Part shown: positions 47,591-59,454 of the stretch, piece by piece
Numbering within the stretch: position 1 is the stretch's first letter
How the letters are laid out: each line of letters starts with the position of its first letter
Assembly (NCBI GenBank): GCA_047495785.1
Contig: JBLDXI010000002.1
Location: 2,170,001-2,234,000, forward strand
Direction: 5' to 3'
Origin: Lepidodermella squamata
Taxonomy: Eukaryota > Animalia > Gastrotricha
Length of the DNA stretch: 64,000 nt
Notes under the pieces: generated by a model
Told to the model about the DNA's origin: nothing
The model's input: only the letters and a program-made list of their open reading frames with translations
The model's database searches: none
Made by a program: the position numbers and the translations under genes

Positions 47591-49925
47591 TTAGGCTGGC
47601 TGGCTAAAACAAATCACCTCACGTAAATCATCAACTCCACCATAAGTTCCGACCAAAATAAACGGTCGAAATTCGTCATTTGGGTCGACAAATGTACGCA
47701 ACGTTTTCGTCCAACCCTTCGTCACAGTTTGCAAGATTTGAATCGATTTGAAATTGCCGTTTTCAGACACTGAAAATAGCTGAGCTCGCGAATTTCCAGA
47801 ATCGCAAAGCCACAAATTTCCAGCCGGGTCGAAATGAAGCCCTAGCGGGTATCTAATCAGCTTGTTACCCGCAGATTTAATGTCAACATTAACCCATTCA
47901 CTAGACACAAATCTCGCGCCACCATTTGACGGTTTAAAAATCGCCTTGAATAAATGAAGTCTCGATTTTTTCTGATCGCTAACTACAATTAGGGCAGTTA
48001 GTTTCGAAGGGTCGTTGTTGTTAGCCGTGAAATGAATTGCGCAACGATTCGGGGTGAATTTTTGCGACAGAGAAGCCGGGGCTGTTTTGTCGTAGCCAAT
48101 TTCAGCGAGATAGCGGCCATCCTCAGCCGACCAGATACCGATGGTCTGCTTCAAATTAGCGTCGCAGCATAAAATAATTCGTTTCTCCGAATCGCAAGCT
48201 AGGCCCCAAAATTCACGCTCTCGCGGCCACGGGTAGCGACCCCGCACGAAAGTTTTCGGCTCGACACCAGCCATCGAATGAAAATCTTGCGGGTTGTTGA
48301 AAAACGGCTCGGTTAACGGGGCAGATTTTACACCGGCGAGCTGGTTCAAGTCGACGTAGCTAATACCATCGCGATCTTCGAAGGTCAAGTAAATTCGCGA
48401 CTTTTTCTCATCGCCAGCGCAGTGGAGATGCGCCTTCCAATTTTTTACCGACTCTGGCACGGCGAAACGACTTCGCCAAATTACGAACATGCCTGCGTCT
48501 TTGGTCGAGGATTCAGTTCTACAGCGTTTAGGACTCACATTGGCCATCGCCTTGAATAAAATGAGCATTAGTGAGTTTTTCTGATTTTTTTCAAATATTC
48601 TTACGATGACTTCGCCATGCGAGCTGATAATCAAAACCAGGTCTCCAAATGGCAGAATGTCTTCTATACCACACGATGCGACAAGCCATCGAGTTTCTCC
48701 TGGATTCGCTTCATTCGGCACACGATTTAGGCGCTGTAAATTGGACCAGTAATCGTTTTGGAATGGGGCGAATTTACGTCGGAATAATTCTTTCGCTTTA
48801 TTTTCTTCGTCAGCTGCAGCTTCTCTTGCTTTCTCGAGTTCGGCCAGACCTGTTGCCAGCCAGGGTTCTTTCATTATTTCGGTGATTCCTGGGCGGTCTT
48901 CAGGACTTTGCGCCAACAGTTGATCGATCAAATGTCTCAATTCAGACGAAAAATGTTCCGGAACTGGATCGCGAATCCCTCTGGCATGAAAATAGCACTA
49001 TAAATTTCAAATTATAAGTTAGGTCCTTACTTCAAAATTTTCTTATAGATTTGTAGCTCGTTTGAACCAGTAAACTAGCAATTCCAAAAACAACGATTTA
49101 ATGGAAAATGTTGGTTTAATTTACCGGCAAATTCAGCGTAGCCATTTGATACAAAACTACTCCTAGCGCCCAGATATCAGCTTTAGCGTCGTAAGGATTG
49201 TCTTCGCAAAATTCTGGCGAGAAATGAGTACAGGTGCCGATTCGGGTCGTCACCACTTGGGCAGTTCTATTGCGTACGAGAAACGATTGTGAAGAATTCC
49301 TTTCGCGTTTAAAATAAATTTTACTGATCTAGAATCTTAGCAATCCCAAAATCTCCAAGTTTCAAAGTTTTCCCGCCGTCGGTTAGAAAAATGTTCTGTT
49401 AACAATTGAATGATGGAAATTTAATTCTGGGGAATTTTGATGCATACTTGAGCTTTGATATCGCGATGTAGAATTTTATTGCCATGGAGGTAGTTGATAG
49501 TATCTGCCAACTGAGCAAACCAATACCGAATGTGATCCTCCTCGAAGAATGCCTTCTTTTCAGCCTGATTATCTATCGCTTGATCCAGGTCGCCACCGTC
49601 ACAAAATTCGAGTTCTAGATACAGGCATCCACTTTCTATATAGAACATCCGACATAATCATCTTAGGGTATTTTTAAAATTATGGACCTTCGAAATATCG
49701 GTAGATTCTGACGATGTTAGGGTGGGCAAATGAGGACAGAATTTCTGCTTCGAGCCTCGCCATTTCGCGAAATTTTTCCCCTCCCAACGCGTCGAGGCTC
49801 ACTTCTTTGAGCACTAGAATTAGCGCATCGATTTTACGCTTGACAAGCAGAGCTCGGCCAAAGCCGCCAGCGCCAATGACACGGATCTGCTCGTAATGAG
49901 ATATGCTCAAATCTTGATCTGCCAT
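47591..49925 (-). CDS. NIMA-related (NEK) kinase with a C-terminal NHL/beta-propeller region, ~7 exons
   Basis: GAGGFG, LVLKEV, HRDIKAQNIFL, DFGIAK, GTCTHFSPE and DIWALGV joined in frame over short introns; C-terminal YPLGLHFDPAGNLWLCDSGNSRAQLF is an NHL repeat. Confidence 0.85.
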
Positions 49926-50427
49926 GGACGCAGTAAAAGATCGCAGGTAAAAACAGGGTGGATTCTATAATGCTGCAAAAACTCGTGAAATTTTATTGAG
50001 TAACTACTTTCTGCAAGCGTGAATCGATGAATGCACGACCACATATTCATCGGTGCAAAGCATTCATTTTTAATGAAACACTTTTTTTGCGGCGAATTCA
50101 GCTTGCAAGGTAAACCGGATCGAATTGGAAATTAATTACAAAATCGACTCTGAAAATGCCGATCGATGACTACTAACATTTAGGATTTACCTAGCGTTTT
50201 TGCAGTTTTTTATTTTCTATTTTTTCGAAAATTAGTGAATAAATAATTCGACAATTTGAGAACGTCCTATATCTTCAGTTTTGTTGCTCTTTATAGAAAC
50301 AGCGAGTGATTGAATGGTTTAAGAGGGCATTTATTACTAACAAAAAAGCGAACAAAATAATCCCAACAATTTCCACTTTATTTTCGACGAATTTTTCCAT
50401 AACATATGAGCATTTTAGTAGAAATTT

Positions 50428-52758
50428 TCAAGACAATCCAGTCAAATATTCGACATTCTTTCTCAGTTCTAAAATGACGAGACGATGAGATTTAATTTTA
50501 CGGAATTTAGCTGGCAGCGTAGCATCGCTTTCAGCCAAAGCAGCCAATAAAATACCAGCAGCTACTGCAACAATAGCAGCGGATATTCTGTCTTCAACAG
50601 ATTGCGTCTTCCTCGGCATCGGGGCAAGGATGCAAACACTAAGCTGAACAACCAATTTGTCTGGCTCCATCTCAAATTTCGGTTCGAGTTTGAAGGGAAC
50701 AACTCCATCTTGTTTGAATATCGGTTGTTTGGCGTCAATCATCGCCGCCAAACACAAAATAACATTGGCATAGTCGTAGCCACATGCACCCTGCTGGAGA
50801 CCTTTGTAAAGCATTGTGTTACATATTTCAGAAAAAGCTCTCATCATAAACCATTTGTTGACGTCACGGCCCAATTCGCGACGGTCAACAATAGTCGCGC
50901 TGCTTCGAAGTAGAGTAGCCAATAGGCGGAAGGTACCCAGACGATAGCAATCATTTTTAACCACATTAAGTACAAGTCGACTGACTGATCCACTTATTTC
51001 GATTTGCCTCTTTAAATAGGGCTTGGATGCTAAGCAGAGAAACGAGCAGATTGACAGGGCGTTCGGCATGAGATTATCTCGAATGTGCTTGTCCCACTTT
51101 GCGTCATCAAACCGCTGGTAGGCAAATATTGCGTCAAGCGATTCGGCAAGTTTCTCAGCCATATCTGGGCAATCCGAAACCAGCTGTTCAATAAGTCGAC
51201 CCGGCGATTTTCGGAAAATCGTGAAAGACAGCAGAAATGTTTGAATACCAAACATCAGACTCTCACAACCGGCTTTGTTCAGTTTTGACAGGTTACTGCT
51301 CAAAAAATGTAGGTAAACTGCGAAATGTGAATAAGCCGGGTACAAAGCTGTAATGCCTCCGGGTAGTTTGTCCAATTCATTATCCAGGTGATGGAAAAAA
51401 TGGCCCCAAAACTCGATGTAGGCCTGCACTAGGCTGTCATCTGTCGAAGCTTCCAACGTAGGCTTGACCGGTTTCCGTAGAAGCGCCTCTTTATGATCAG
51501 CAAACACAAGCGCACTTTGAAGCGCCATCATATTCAAAAACTCAGTCATATGCTCAACAGGTGTTTTCAGCAATTCAGCTTTGAATTCAGGGTTATAGCA
51601 AACAAGTTTGAATAGTGTTAACAGAATTTTCCCTGGATGCTCCATAAAGGCGTCGGCGTAGAGCGCCTCTCGCTTTTTCAGAAATGGCTCGAAGAGACAA
51701 ATTTTCAGGAACTTCGCATACCACAGAGGTTCATTAAAAGGCGCTAGGTGGCTTGTGCGAATCGAACTTGTAGTTTCATCCTTGTTAGAGATTAGAAAGT
51801 CACTGGCGTAGTGTAGCAGTAGATCGTAGATGTGGAAAAACGACCCAGGTTGGCTTCGAGCGATTCTAGCAACCATTTCATCAGAAACCGAAGATTTGCA
51901 GGAGCTTTCGAGGAAACCATGCACCCAGTTTGCTCGGAAAAATTCATTCATTCGCCGATTTTCGACAACCAAGAACGACCAATTCGAGAGAAATTGGATG
52001 AAATCTTGCAGAAAATTGATTTCAACCAAAGTTAGCTTCCCAAGGTTGACATTAGAAAAGAAACTAGTAAGGACGTTATTCGAGTTCAAAAGATCAAGAT
52101 ACCGCGCTGAATTTTCTCTAATAACCATTTCCGAACCAGATCGCCGCAATGAAATGTGCATTGTGGCATGCAGGCTCAAAAACGTGTAACAAGGCATTCG
52201 TTCACGGAAATCTTGTTCAGTAACCGTCAGCAGCCTCTCAATCGCTCGATTCAGATCTGCATCATCGTGGCGGTAGGTGACGTCCCCGATTTTCTTCCAC
52301 GGCTCCATTATTTTGCGCAACTTCTTATCCGGTTGTCCGAGTTGCCGAAGGTATGTTAGCGCGTACTCGTGATGACCACATTGGTACAAAACCTCAGCAA
52401 CAGCGGTTAGATATCGAATTTGGGTGTCGCTGCGGGGATCGTACATGAAACGACGAAAATTCAAGTAAGCAAATGCCGCGGCTTCTTCAAATCGCCCGGC
52501 CGCTGTAAGAATTTTTTTCAACTGTTCGCGAATTTCCGGCGTAAAATCACCGAGGCGTTCAGCAGATTGCAGCAACAACTCATAGGCTTCATCGAATTTA
52601 TTTTCGTTAAATGCGACCAAGCTACGAGATTCAAAGTCAGCGGCTTCAATTTGTTTCTTTTCCCCTTCAGCGAGTGATAAATCGCTAAGAAATTCGGAGT
52701 AATAGCGTTTCACATCCAATCGACCCTTCAATGATAGAACTTTTTCGACTACTGTCAT
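50428..52758 (-). CDS. Uncharacterised ~776-aa intronless helical protein with TPR-like N-terminus
   Basis: Long ORF, first ATG at 52758, AATAAA ~45 nt after the stop; AEVLYQCGHHEYALTYL is TPR-like. Confidence 0.75.
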   Translation of the reverse strand: MTVVEKVLSLKGRLDVKRYYSEFLSDLSLAEGEKKQIEAADFESRSLVAFNENKFDEAYELLLQSAERLGDFTPEIREQLKKILTAAGRFEEAAAFAYLNFRRFMYDPRSDTQIRYLTAVAEVLYQCGHHEYALTYLRQLGQPDKKLRKIMEPWKKIGDVTYRHDDADLNRAIERLLTVTEQDFRERMPCYTFLSLHATMHISLRRSGSEMVIRENSARYLDLLNSNNVLTSFFSNVNLGKLTLVEINFLQDFIQFLSNWSFLVVENRRMNEFFRANWVHGFLESSCKSSVSDEMVARIARSQPGSFFHIYDLLLHYASDFLISNKDETTSSIRTSHLAPFNEPLWYAKFLKICLFEPFLKKREALYADAFMEHPGKILLTLFKLVCYNPEFKAELLKTPVEHMTEFLNMMALQSALVFADHKEALLRKPVKPTLEASTDDSLVQAYIEFWGHFFHHLDNELDKLPGGITALYPAYSHFAVYLHFLSSNLSKLNKAGCESLMFGIQTFLLSFTIFRKSPGRLIEQLVSDCPDMAEKLAESLDAIFAYQRFDDAKWDKHIRDNLMPNALSICSFLCLASKPYLKRQIEISGSVSRLVLNVVKNDCYRLGTFRLLATLLRSSATIVDRRELGRDVNKWFMMRAFSEICNTMLYKGLQQGACGYDYANVILCLAAMIDAKQPIFKQDGVVPFKLEPKFEMEPDKLVVQLSVCILAPMPRKTQSVEDRISAAIVAVAAGILLAALAESDATLPAKFRKIKSHRLVILELRKNVEYLTGLS

Positions 52759-52921
52759 TGATAAATTTAAATAATCTACACAGCAAGTCGAAACATTGAA
52801 TTTCAGCCCTGTAGCCAAATATCAATAAAACAAATATCATAGCTTTCCATAAAAAAAACAAGCCGATGAAAGAGCGATTTTATTCAAATCCCAGTGGTAG
52901 GAAAAAGTTCAGTAATTATTT

Positions 52922-53972
52922 TTAAGGGTCCATATCACGGCTATTTTCGCCGGGTGAGCTAGGGAATGCGCTGTTACTGCCAGGTGTAGCCGGATTCGGC
53001 GCAGCGGCGCTACCCGGGGCCCCGTCACGAGATTCTTCGTCGAAATGTTCGGGGACCTGCCCAAGCCCGTCTTGTTTTTCGTCATCACTACTATCACTGC
53101 TACTGCTACTGAGATCATCGCCGAACAAGTGACGAGCTGATAACGCTGCGCCCATTGGCGGATGCTGTTTGCGAGATATTGACGGCCCGGCTCCACTTTC
53201 TTCCTCTTCATCCTCCTCGTCACCTTCTTCTAGTTTTTCGCGGTGATGGTGGTGGTGGTGGGGCGGCTTTTGAGGGGCGTTGTCTTCTTCGATAACCTCC
53301 CATCTGACCTGGGCGGCTTCACTGTCTGCCGCGAAAAGCCGCGCAAGTTCACGTTCAACATCTTCGACGTCAAAAGTTTTCTTCACGAGAGTCTTTCGAA
53401 ATCTTCGTTTTCTGACATTCTTCAGCGGTGGAGTGACTGGAAAATTCAAAAGTTTTATTAATAAATTTGACGATAAAATGTTGAAAAACAATCTTACTTC
53501 CATGTTTCAGCGCAAATATTCTCGTATATTTGTCGTCGCGATGAGAAGGGAAAGAAGTTTTAGCAGTAGCCTTAATTTCCTCCGGAATTTGAGGCCACGA
53601 TTCAGTTCGGCAGACAATCATTTGCCCAATATCACATGATTTGTACATTGTGGAACGATCAAAAGTTTTGAGCGATTCAATAATAGTTGGCAGGTCAAAA
53701 ACGCGACCGTATAGTTGCTGGTGTTCAAAAGTAACATTTGCATGGCGCAAGTCTTGGTCAAACTGGACTGAAAGCTTGTTCCGTAGATTGCAGCGTCCGT
53801 TGTTGTTTTCTTCGGATATGAGCTCGTTTACGCGTTTAGCCACTTCTGGAGGGAAACGCACTAAAATTTGCTCTTCGAATTCATTCGAATCAGTCTTGGC
53901 AGCAGCAGCGGCGGCCTCGTCCGGAGGCGGCACACCAGTGCGAGGACGCTTTTTACGAACAATACGCTTCAT
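52922..53972 (-). CDS. TAF7: TFIID subunit 7; exons 53972-53498 and 53436-52922
   Basis: FEEQILVRFP, DLPTIIESLKTFD...YKSCDIGQM and HGITPPLKNVRKRRFRK. Confidence 0.95.
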
Positions 53973-54154
53973 AATTCCTATGTATTATGAGTTGATTATC
54001 GAATTGATTACTGATGTATTATGTATGAAATTATTGTTCAAAACAACAATGTATCACCAATATTTTAATTCAATAATGATTCATTCCCGCCGTTTAGTGG
54101 ATACAAATAAATTGCAAAAAAACAAATAAGGCTTGAACTACTGGCAATTAAACA

Positions 54155-55045
54155 TTAGGACATGGAGCAATTATCTGATGATCGTTGGTTGTTACTGTTT
54201 CCCGATCGGTTACTGCGAGCAGCGGCTGTTTGACGTGCGATAGAAGCCTGGCGATTTGCGTTTGGTGCTGCCTCGAGAGACATTTGCATCGCACGAGCAA
54301 GCGCCTCGTCTTCGGTCATTCCGTTGGGGTTCACTTCGTTATAAATACTGTAAGCATATCGATTTGAAATTAGACAGCTAACAACTTATTAACGACTTAC
54401 TTTCTCGCCGGAGCTTTGTTTTGGGGCGCTACCGGCTTGAGACAATCATGATCTACTTCGTGGCGATGTTTTAGACAGAAATTCTTGTGGCATTTGGGAC
54501 AACTGAAAGGTACAGCTTCTCGTTTTTTGCATCCAGACTTAGAACAGGCATTTACGTAAACAATCTGAAAGTATATTTAGTTCGATAAATTTGAAAAATA
54601 CATGTAAAAATTAATGTTACATTGCGTCGTTCTTTAGCTGGATCTGACTGACAATCGCTGTCGATATGACGATTCACGACAACATTCACATCTTGCCCAT
54701 GGAGAATGGGAATAACTTTGCCACAGAGTGGGCAATTGGGCACCACTTTGTCCTAAAGCATGAGGAATTATTAGATCCAAAGATTCTGACGAAAACTAAT
54801 AAAATACTTACTTTTTGGTGAGCTCCGATACATTCGTGGCTTTCGTAAGTGATATGGTCTCGACTGCAAATATGAAAGTATTGAAGTTATGAATTATGAG
54901 CAATAAATTAGTCCATGATACTATAGGTGAAAAGTGTAGTTGCTTACCAAAATATGTTGCGACAAGTATCACATTTCATCGGCAGAAAATCAAGTTTTCT
55001 GCAATCATTTGCAAAACAGTGAGTGCCAAGTTGAGGAAATTCCAT
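54155..55045 (-). CDS. ZFAND2B: AN1-type zinc finger protein 2B (AIRAPL-like), multi-exon
   Basis: MEFPQLGTHC...LDFLPMKCD, VPNCPLCGK, second AN1 finger, UIM (MTEDEALARAMQMSL) and terminal CaaX CSMS. Confidence 0.9.
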
Positions 55046-56125
55046 TGCAGCTTGTGGTTTTGAAGATTTAATAAATTTGAAATGAAGCTAGAGCGGTTCA
55101 CATCAGCCTATAAAAGCATCCGTGATCTTTCGAGAGAGTGTGAATCATGATAGCAAAAACGTAAAAATATGGCCTACTTTTCGTTCAAAACTTAGCGGGT
55201 AAGAATGATTTGACTTGGTCATTAATTTTTGAACTTTTTGAATACAATTTGATGTGCATTCGTATCGACATTTATTTTAACGCAGGCTGAATATAATGAA
55301 AAATTAATTATCTGTAAATTATCTAAAATGAGGGGTGGCAAAAGAATCCGAGTCAAAACAAAGCCGGGACACTTCTTACTCATCTGCTTGATCGACGGCA
55401 AACGCCTCCGTCTCGCGCAGAAGAAAAGCAAAACAAAAGTTGTCAACCCGGATTTCAAACGGGTGAGAAGAAAACGCTAGGTCTTGCAAAAATAGGGTTA
55501 TCAACTTACGGCCTGCGGAATCTGTTACTGTCCGTTTTTGAAGAGTCCCAAATGCTCAAGAACTTATTTTGCCTTGGTCTTTCACATCATAAATGGCATG
55601 TGTGGGCGAGATCAAAGCTTGACTACCAGTAACACCAGCCATAAGTATAACAACACATATTTGAAGTTGAAAATGGTTAACTGCTCACTGCTGGACGCAG
55701 GAGATTTCCACCTCGAGCGCTCGTTACGACTTCGTATCAGCGAGAGAGAACAGCGAGGCTGTTACTTATTCGATGCCACCTTCATGTTTGTCTCAATGAA
55801 GGCTGTCAAAATTATTATAGTACCTTCATGAGCTTTCACTAACTTTGGTCTAGCGTAACGGGTAACGGGTAACGGTGCTTGGTGCTTGGCAAGGTGCCAG
55901 AGGAGAAGGCGCCCTCTTTGCATCAATTATTGCGTATAGATACTTACCATGATGATGAACTGCTTTTGGACTGCTTCCTGCTTATTGCTTGGACTGAAGT
56001 TTTAATATCCCGTTTCTTAGAATTAGGATCTCCGTGGCATTATTTTTCTATCACATCATTGTTCAAAATCAATTAAACTTACGTCGTTGTCGTATCTTAG
56101 GTCGTGATATAATTACTGCCTGATC

Positions 56126-59100
56126 ATGGGTCAACTCTTCAGGAGCGAGGAGATGGCACTATGCGAGCTGTTTATTCAATCTGAAGCCGCATACGCTTGC
56201 ATTTCCGAACTTGGCGAACTTGGTCTTGTTCAGTTCCGTGACATGAATGAGCACATCTCCGCTTTTCAACGCAAATTCGTTAACGAGATTCGCCGATGCG
56301 ACGAAATGGAGCGAAAACTACGCTTTCTTGAAAAAGAAATTGTGAAAGACAACATTCCGATCTTCGACGCCGGCGATAATCCTCCAGCTCCTGCCCCGAA
56401 AGAGTTAATCGATCTGGAGGCTAACTTGGAGAAGTTGGAAGCAGAGCTGAAAGAGGTCAACGTTAACACTGAAGCCTTAAAGCGCAATTATTTGGAGTTG
56501 ACTGAGTTGAAGCATGTTTTACGCCAAACTCAGCACTTCTTCGACGAGGTAAGTGCTTAATATAAGACGCCGGTAGAAAGGAGTACTGATAGATCGGAAA
56601 TCTCACATGCTTCATGAAAAAATTCGACTGAAATTGACTTTAGGCCATGGGCGGAGAAGGCGGTGCCGGAGGCACTGAGTCCGATCGCCTTGGATTACTC
56701 GGCGATGAACTCAATGCTGCCAACGTTGGAGCAGGAGGTGTTCCCACTCCCGCACGTTTGGGGTACGATGAATTCTCTGATAGCAGAAATCTTTGTCTGT
56801 GCCTAGTTTTTGTCACGCCTTTTAGTTTCCTAATTTTTGTGAATGTTTTGCGCTTTACTTTCTGCTATGCACTTATAATGGGAGGCCCGAGTAGTGAGTA
56901 TAGGAATAGAGTTTTACGGGTTGGGTTCGATTGTTAATATTCACCTGATCGTTAATGATTGATGATAGCTGGACCATGGTGGCGAAGATTGGTCTGTTCA
57001 ACATGCGGCTGACCAACCGATTATGGCTGAAGCTAGTTCTGGTGCTGGAAATTTAAATTTGGCTACCCTCAGGTTTGTATCTACTGTTGCAGGTTTTACC
57101 AGGGTTATAGGCGGCATATACTACTAACACCAATAATAAGTAACTTAAACCTATAAGTTGTCTGTGTAAATGTTGCTTGCTTGTTTTGCTGAGCTTGAGA
57201 CGATGTTCTAATTGATGCTTTTTACAGCTTTATTGCCGGAGTTTGCTTGCGTGAACGAGTTCCGACCTTCGAACGTATGCTCTGGCGCGTCTGCCGTGGT
57301 AATGTCTACATTCGCCACTCCGTTATTGAAACACCGTTGGAAGATCCATCGACCGTGAGTATTGTTGTTATAGCCTTGTTCTGAATTACACTTGGCTCTT
57401 TATTTTTCAGGGAAATCAAGTTTACAAGAACGTGTTCATCGTTTTCTTCCAAGGTGAACAACTGAAGGCACGCGTGAAGAAGATTTGCGAGGCGTATGTT
57501 TTAACAATAATTCCGACCTGAAATGTATACAATTTTCTAAATTTAGGTTCCACGCCACTGTCTATCCCTGCCCGGAAAGCCGAGATGAGCGTCGCCAAAT
57601 GATGACAGGAATCGTCACTCGCATTGAAGATTTGACGACTGTTTTAGGCCAGACGCAGGAGCATCGCCAACGCGTCTTGGTTGCTACCGCCGGCCAGCTT
57701 AAAGTCTGGTTTGTAAAAGTCGGCAAGGTCAAGGCTATCTACCATACGATGAACATGTTGAACTTGGACGTTACGAAAAAGTGTTTGATTGCCGAATGTT
57801 GGTGCCCGATTTCGGAAATTGACCGTATTCATTACGCGCTGAGACGAGGCACTGAAGCTAGTGGCAGCTCTGTTCCGTCGATTTTGAACCGAGTTACCGA
57901 TAAACATTTGAACCCGCCGACCTTCTACCGCACGAACAAATTCACGAAAGGTTTCCAGTCGATTGTCGACTCATATGGCGTGGCCACCTACCGCGAGGTC
58001 AACCCCGCCCCGTACACGTGTATCACCTTTCCGTTTCTGTTCGCCGTAATGTTCGGCGATGCCGGCCATGCCCTGATCATGTTGGCTTTTGCCCTGTTTG
58101 TCGTGATCCGCGAGAAGAGCCTGCGTTTATTCGCCGCGAAGAACGAGACCTTTGCTATATTTTTCGGAGGCCGATACGTTATTTTACTGATGTCGATATT
58201 CTCGCTGTACACCGGGTTCGTCTACAACGATTTCTTCAGTAAATCGTTCAAAATTCTGCCATCGTCTTGGTACGTTAACCCTGACTTGATCATGCGAAAC
58301 GCCCAGCATAAGGAGGCTACAATGATGCTTGAGCCGCAAAATACGACAAATTTCGTCGGGGACCCGTACCCTATCGGCCTAGACCCAGTCTGGGCGTTGA
58401 CTGAGAACAACATTTTATTCACTGATTCGATGAAGATGAAAATGTCCGTTATTCTCGGAGTTTGTCAGATGATGTTCGGTATTATCCTGTCCGTTTGCAA
58501 CCACTTCTACTTCGGAAATCGTCTCGACATAATTTGCGCCTTTATCCCGCAGTTACTGTTCATTTCTTGCATCTTCCTGTACATGGACGTTCTCATCGTT
58601 TGGAAATGGATCGCAATCACGCCGGAAAACAGCAGTTGCGCGCCTAGTATTCTCATCGGGGTCATCAACATGTTTTTGATGATGTACCCGGACAAACCTG
58701 GCTGCCATGAGGTGTTTTTCAACTCGATGCGCGGTATTCAAACGTTTTTCGTCATCACTGCCCTCCTTTCGGCCCTTTGGATGTTGCTCGCCAAGCCGGT
58801 TATTCTTTGGCGCCGCAGCAAATTGCCGTCCGCAGTTGCTAGTAGCCATTGGTTATCAAGCGGGGGTGCAGGTCACGGTGCTAATACGGCTCAAAATAAC
58901 GATTTGAACGAAAGCGAGTCGGCGCCAATTGCCGGCCAGGCCGCGGAAATGGGCTCTACTGAAGACCACTCGGCTGCTCATGGAGGTGGTGGCCAGGAAG
59001 AACATGTATGTAAAAAATCCACCTTAATAATATTTTAATTATTTTTTTTCGTGAATTTTAGGGGGATACGGTTGAGCTGTTCATCCACCAGGCGATCCAT

Positions 59101-59454
59101 ACGATTGAGTTCTGCCTCGGCCTCATCAGCCACACTGCCTCGTACCTGCGTTTGTGGGCGCTGAGCCTTGCGCACAAGCAACTGGCGGACGTATTGTGGG
59201 CTAACATCCTGGGGATGTTGGGATTCCAGTGGCTGGCGAGAAATCCGATGTTCGGAGGTATTGCTCTTTTCGTCCTGTTTGCAATCTGGGCTGCCCTGAC
59301 CGTTTCGATCCTGGTCCTGATGGAGGGTCTGTCGGCTTTCCTTCACGCCCTTCGTCTGCACTGGATCGAATTCCAGTCGAAATTCTACACGGGACAGGGC
59401 TACGCATTCCAGCCGTTTTCATTCGCCGAATTCGCCTCAGTTCCTAAGGACTGA
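56126..59454 (+). CDS. ATP6V0A1: V-type H+-ATPase V0 subunit a; exons 56126-56548, [56644-56762 or 56969-57072], 57228-57354, 57411-57493, 57547-59005 and 59062-59454
   Basis: [40 protein letters not shown] and [16 protein letters not shown]. Confidence 0.95.

Noticed and set aside
59006-59061. CCTTAA in introns as a U12 branch point
   Set aside because: Donors lack the U12 RTATCCTT consensus and the motif occurs in both orientations.
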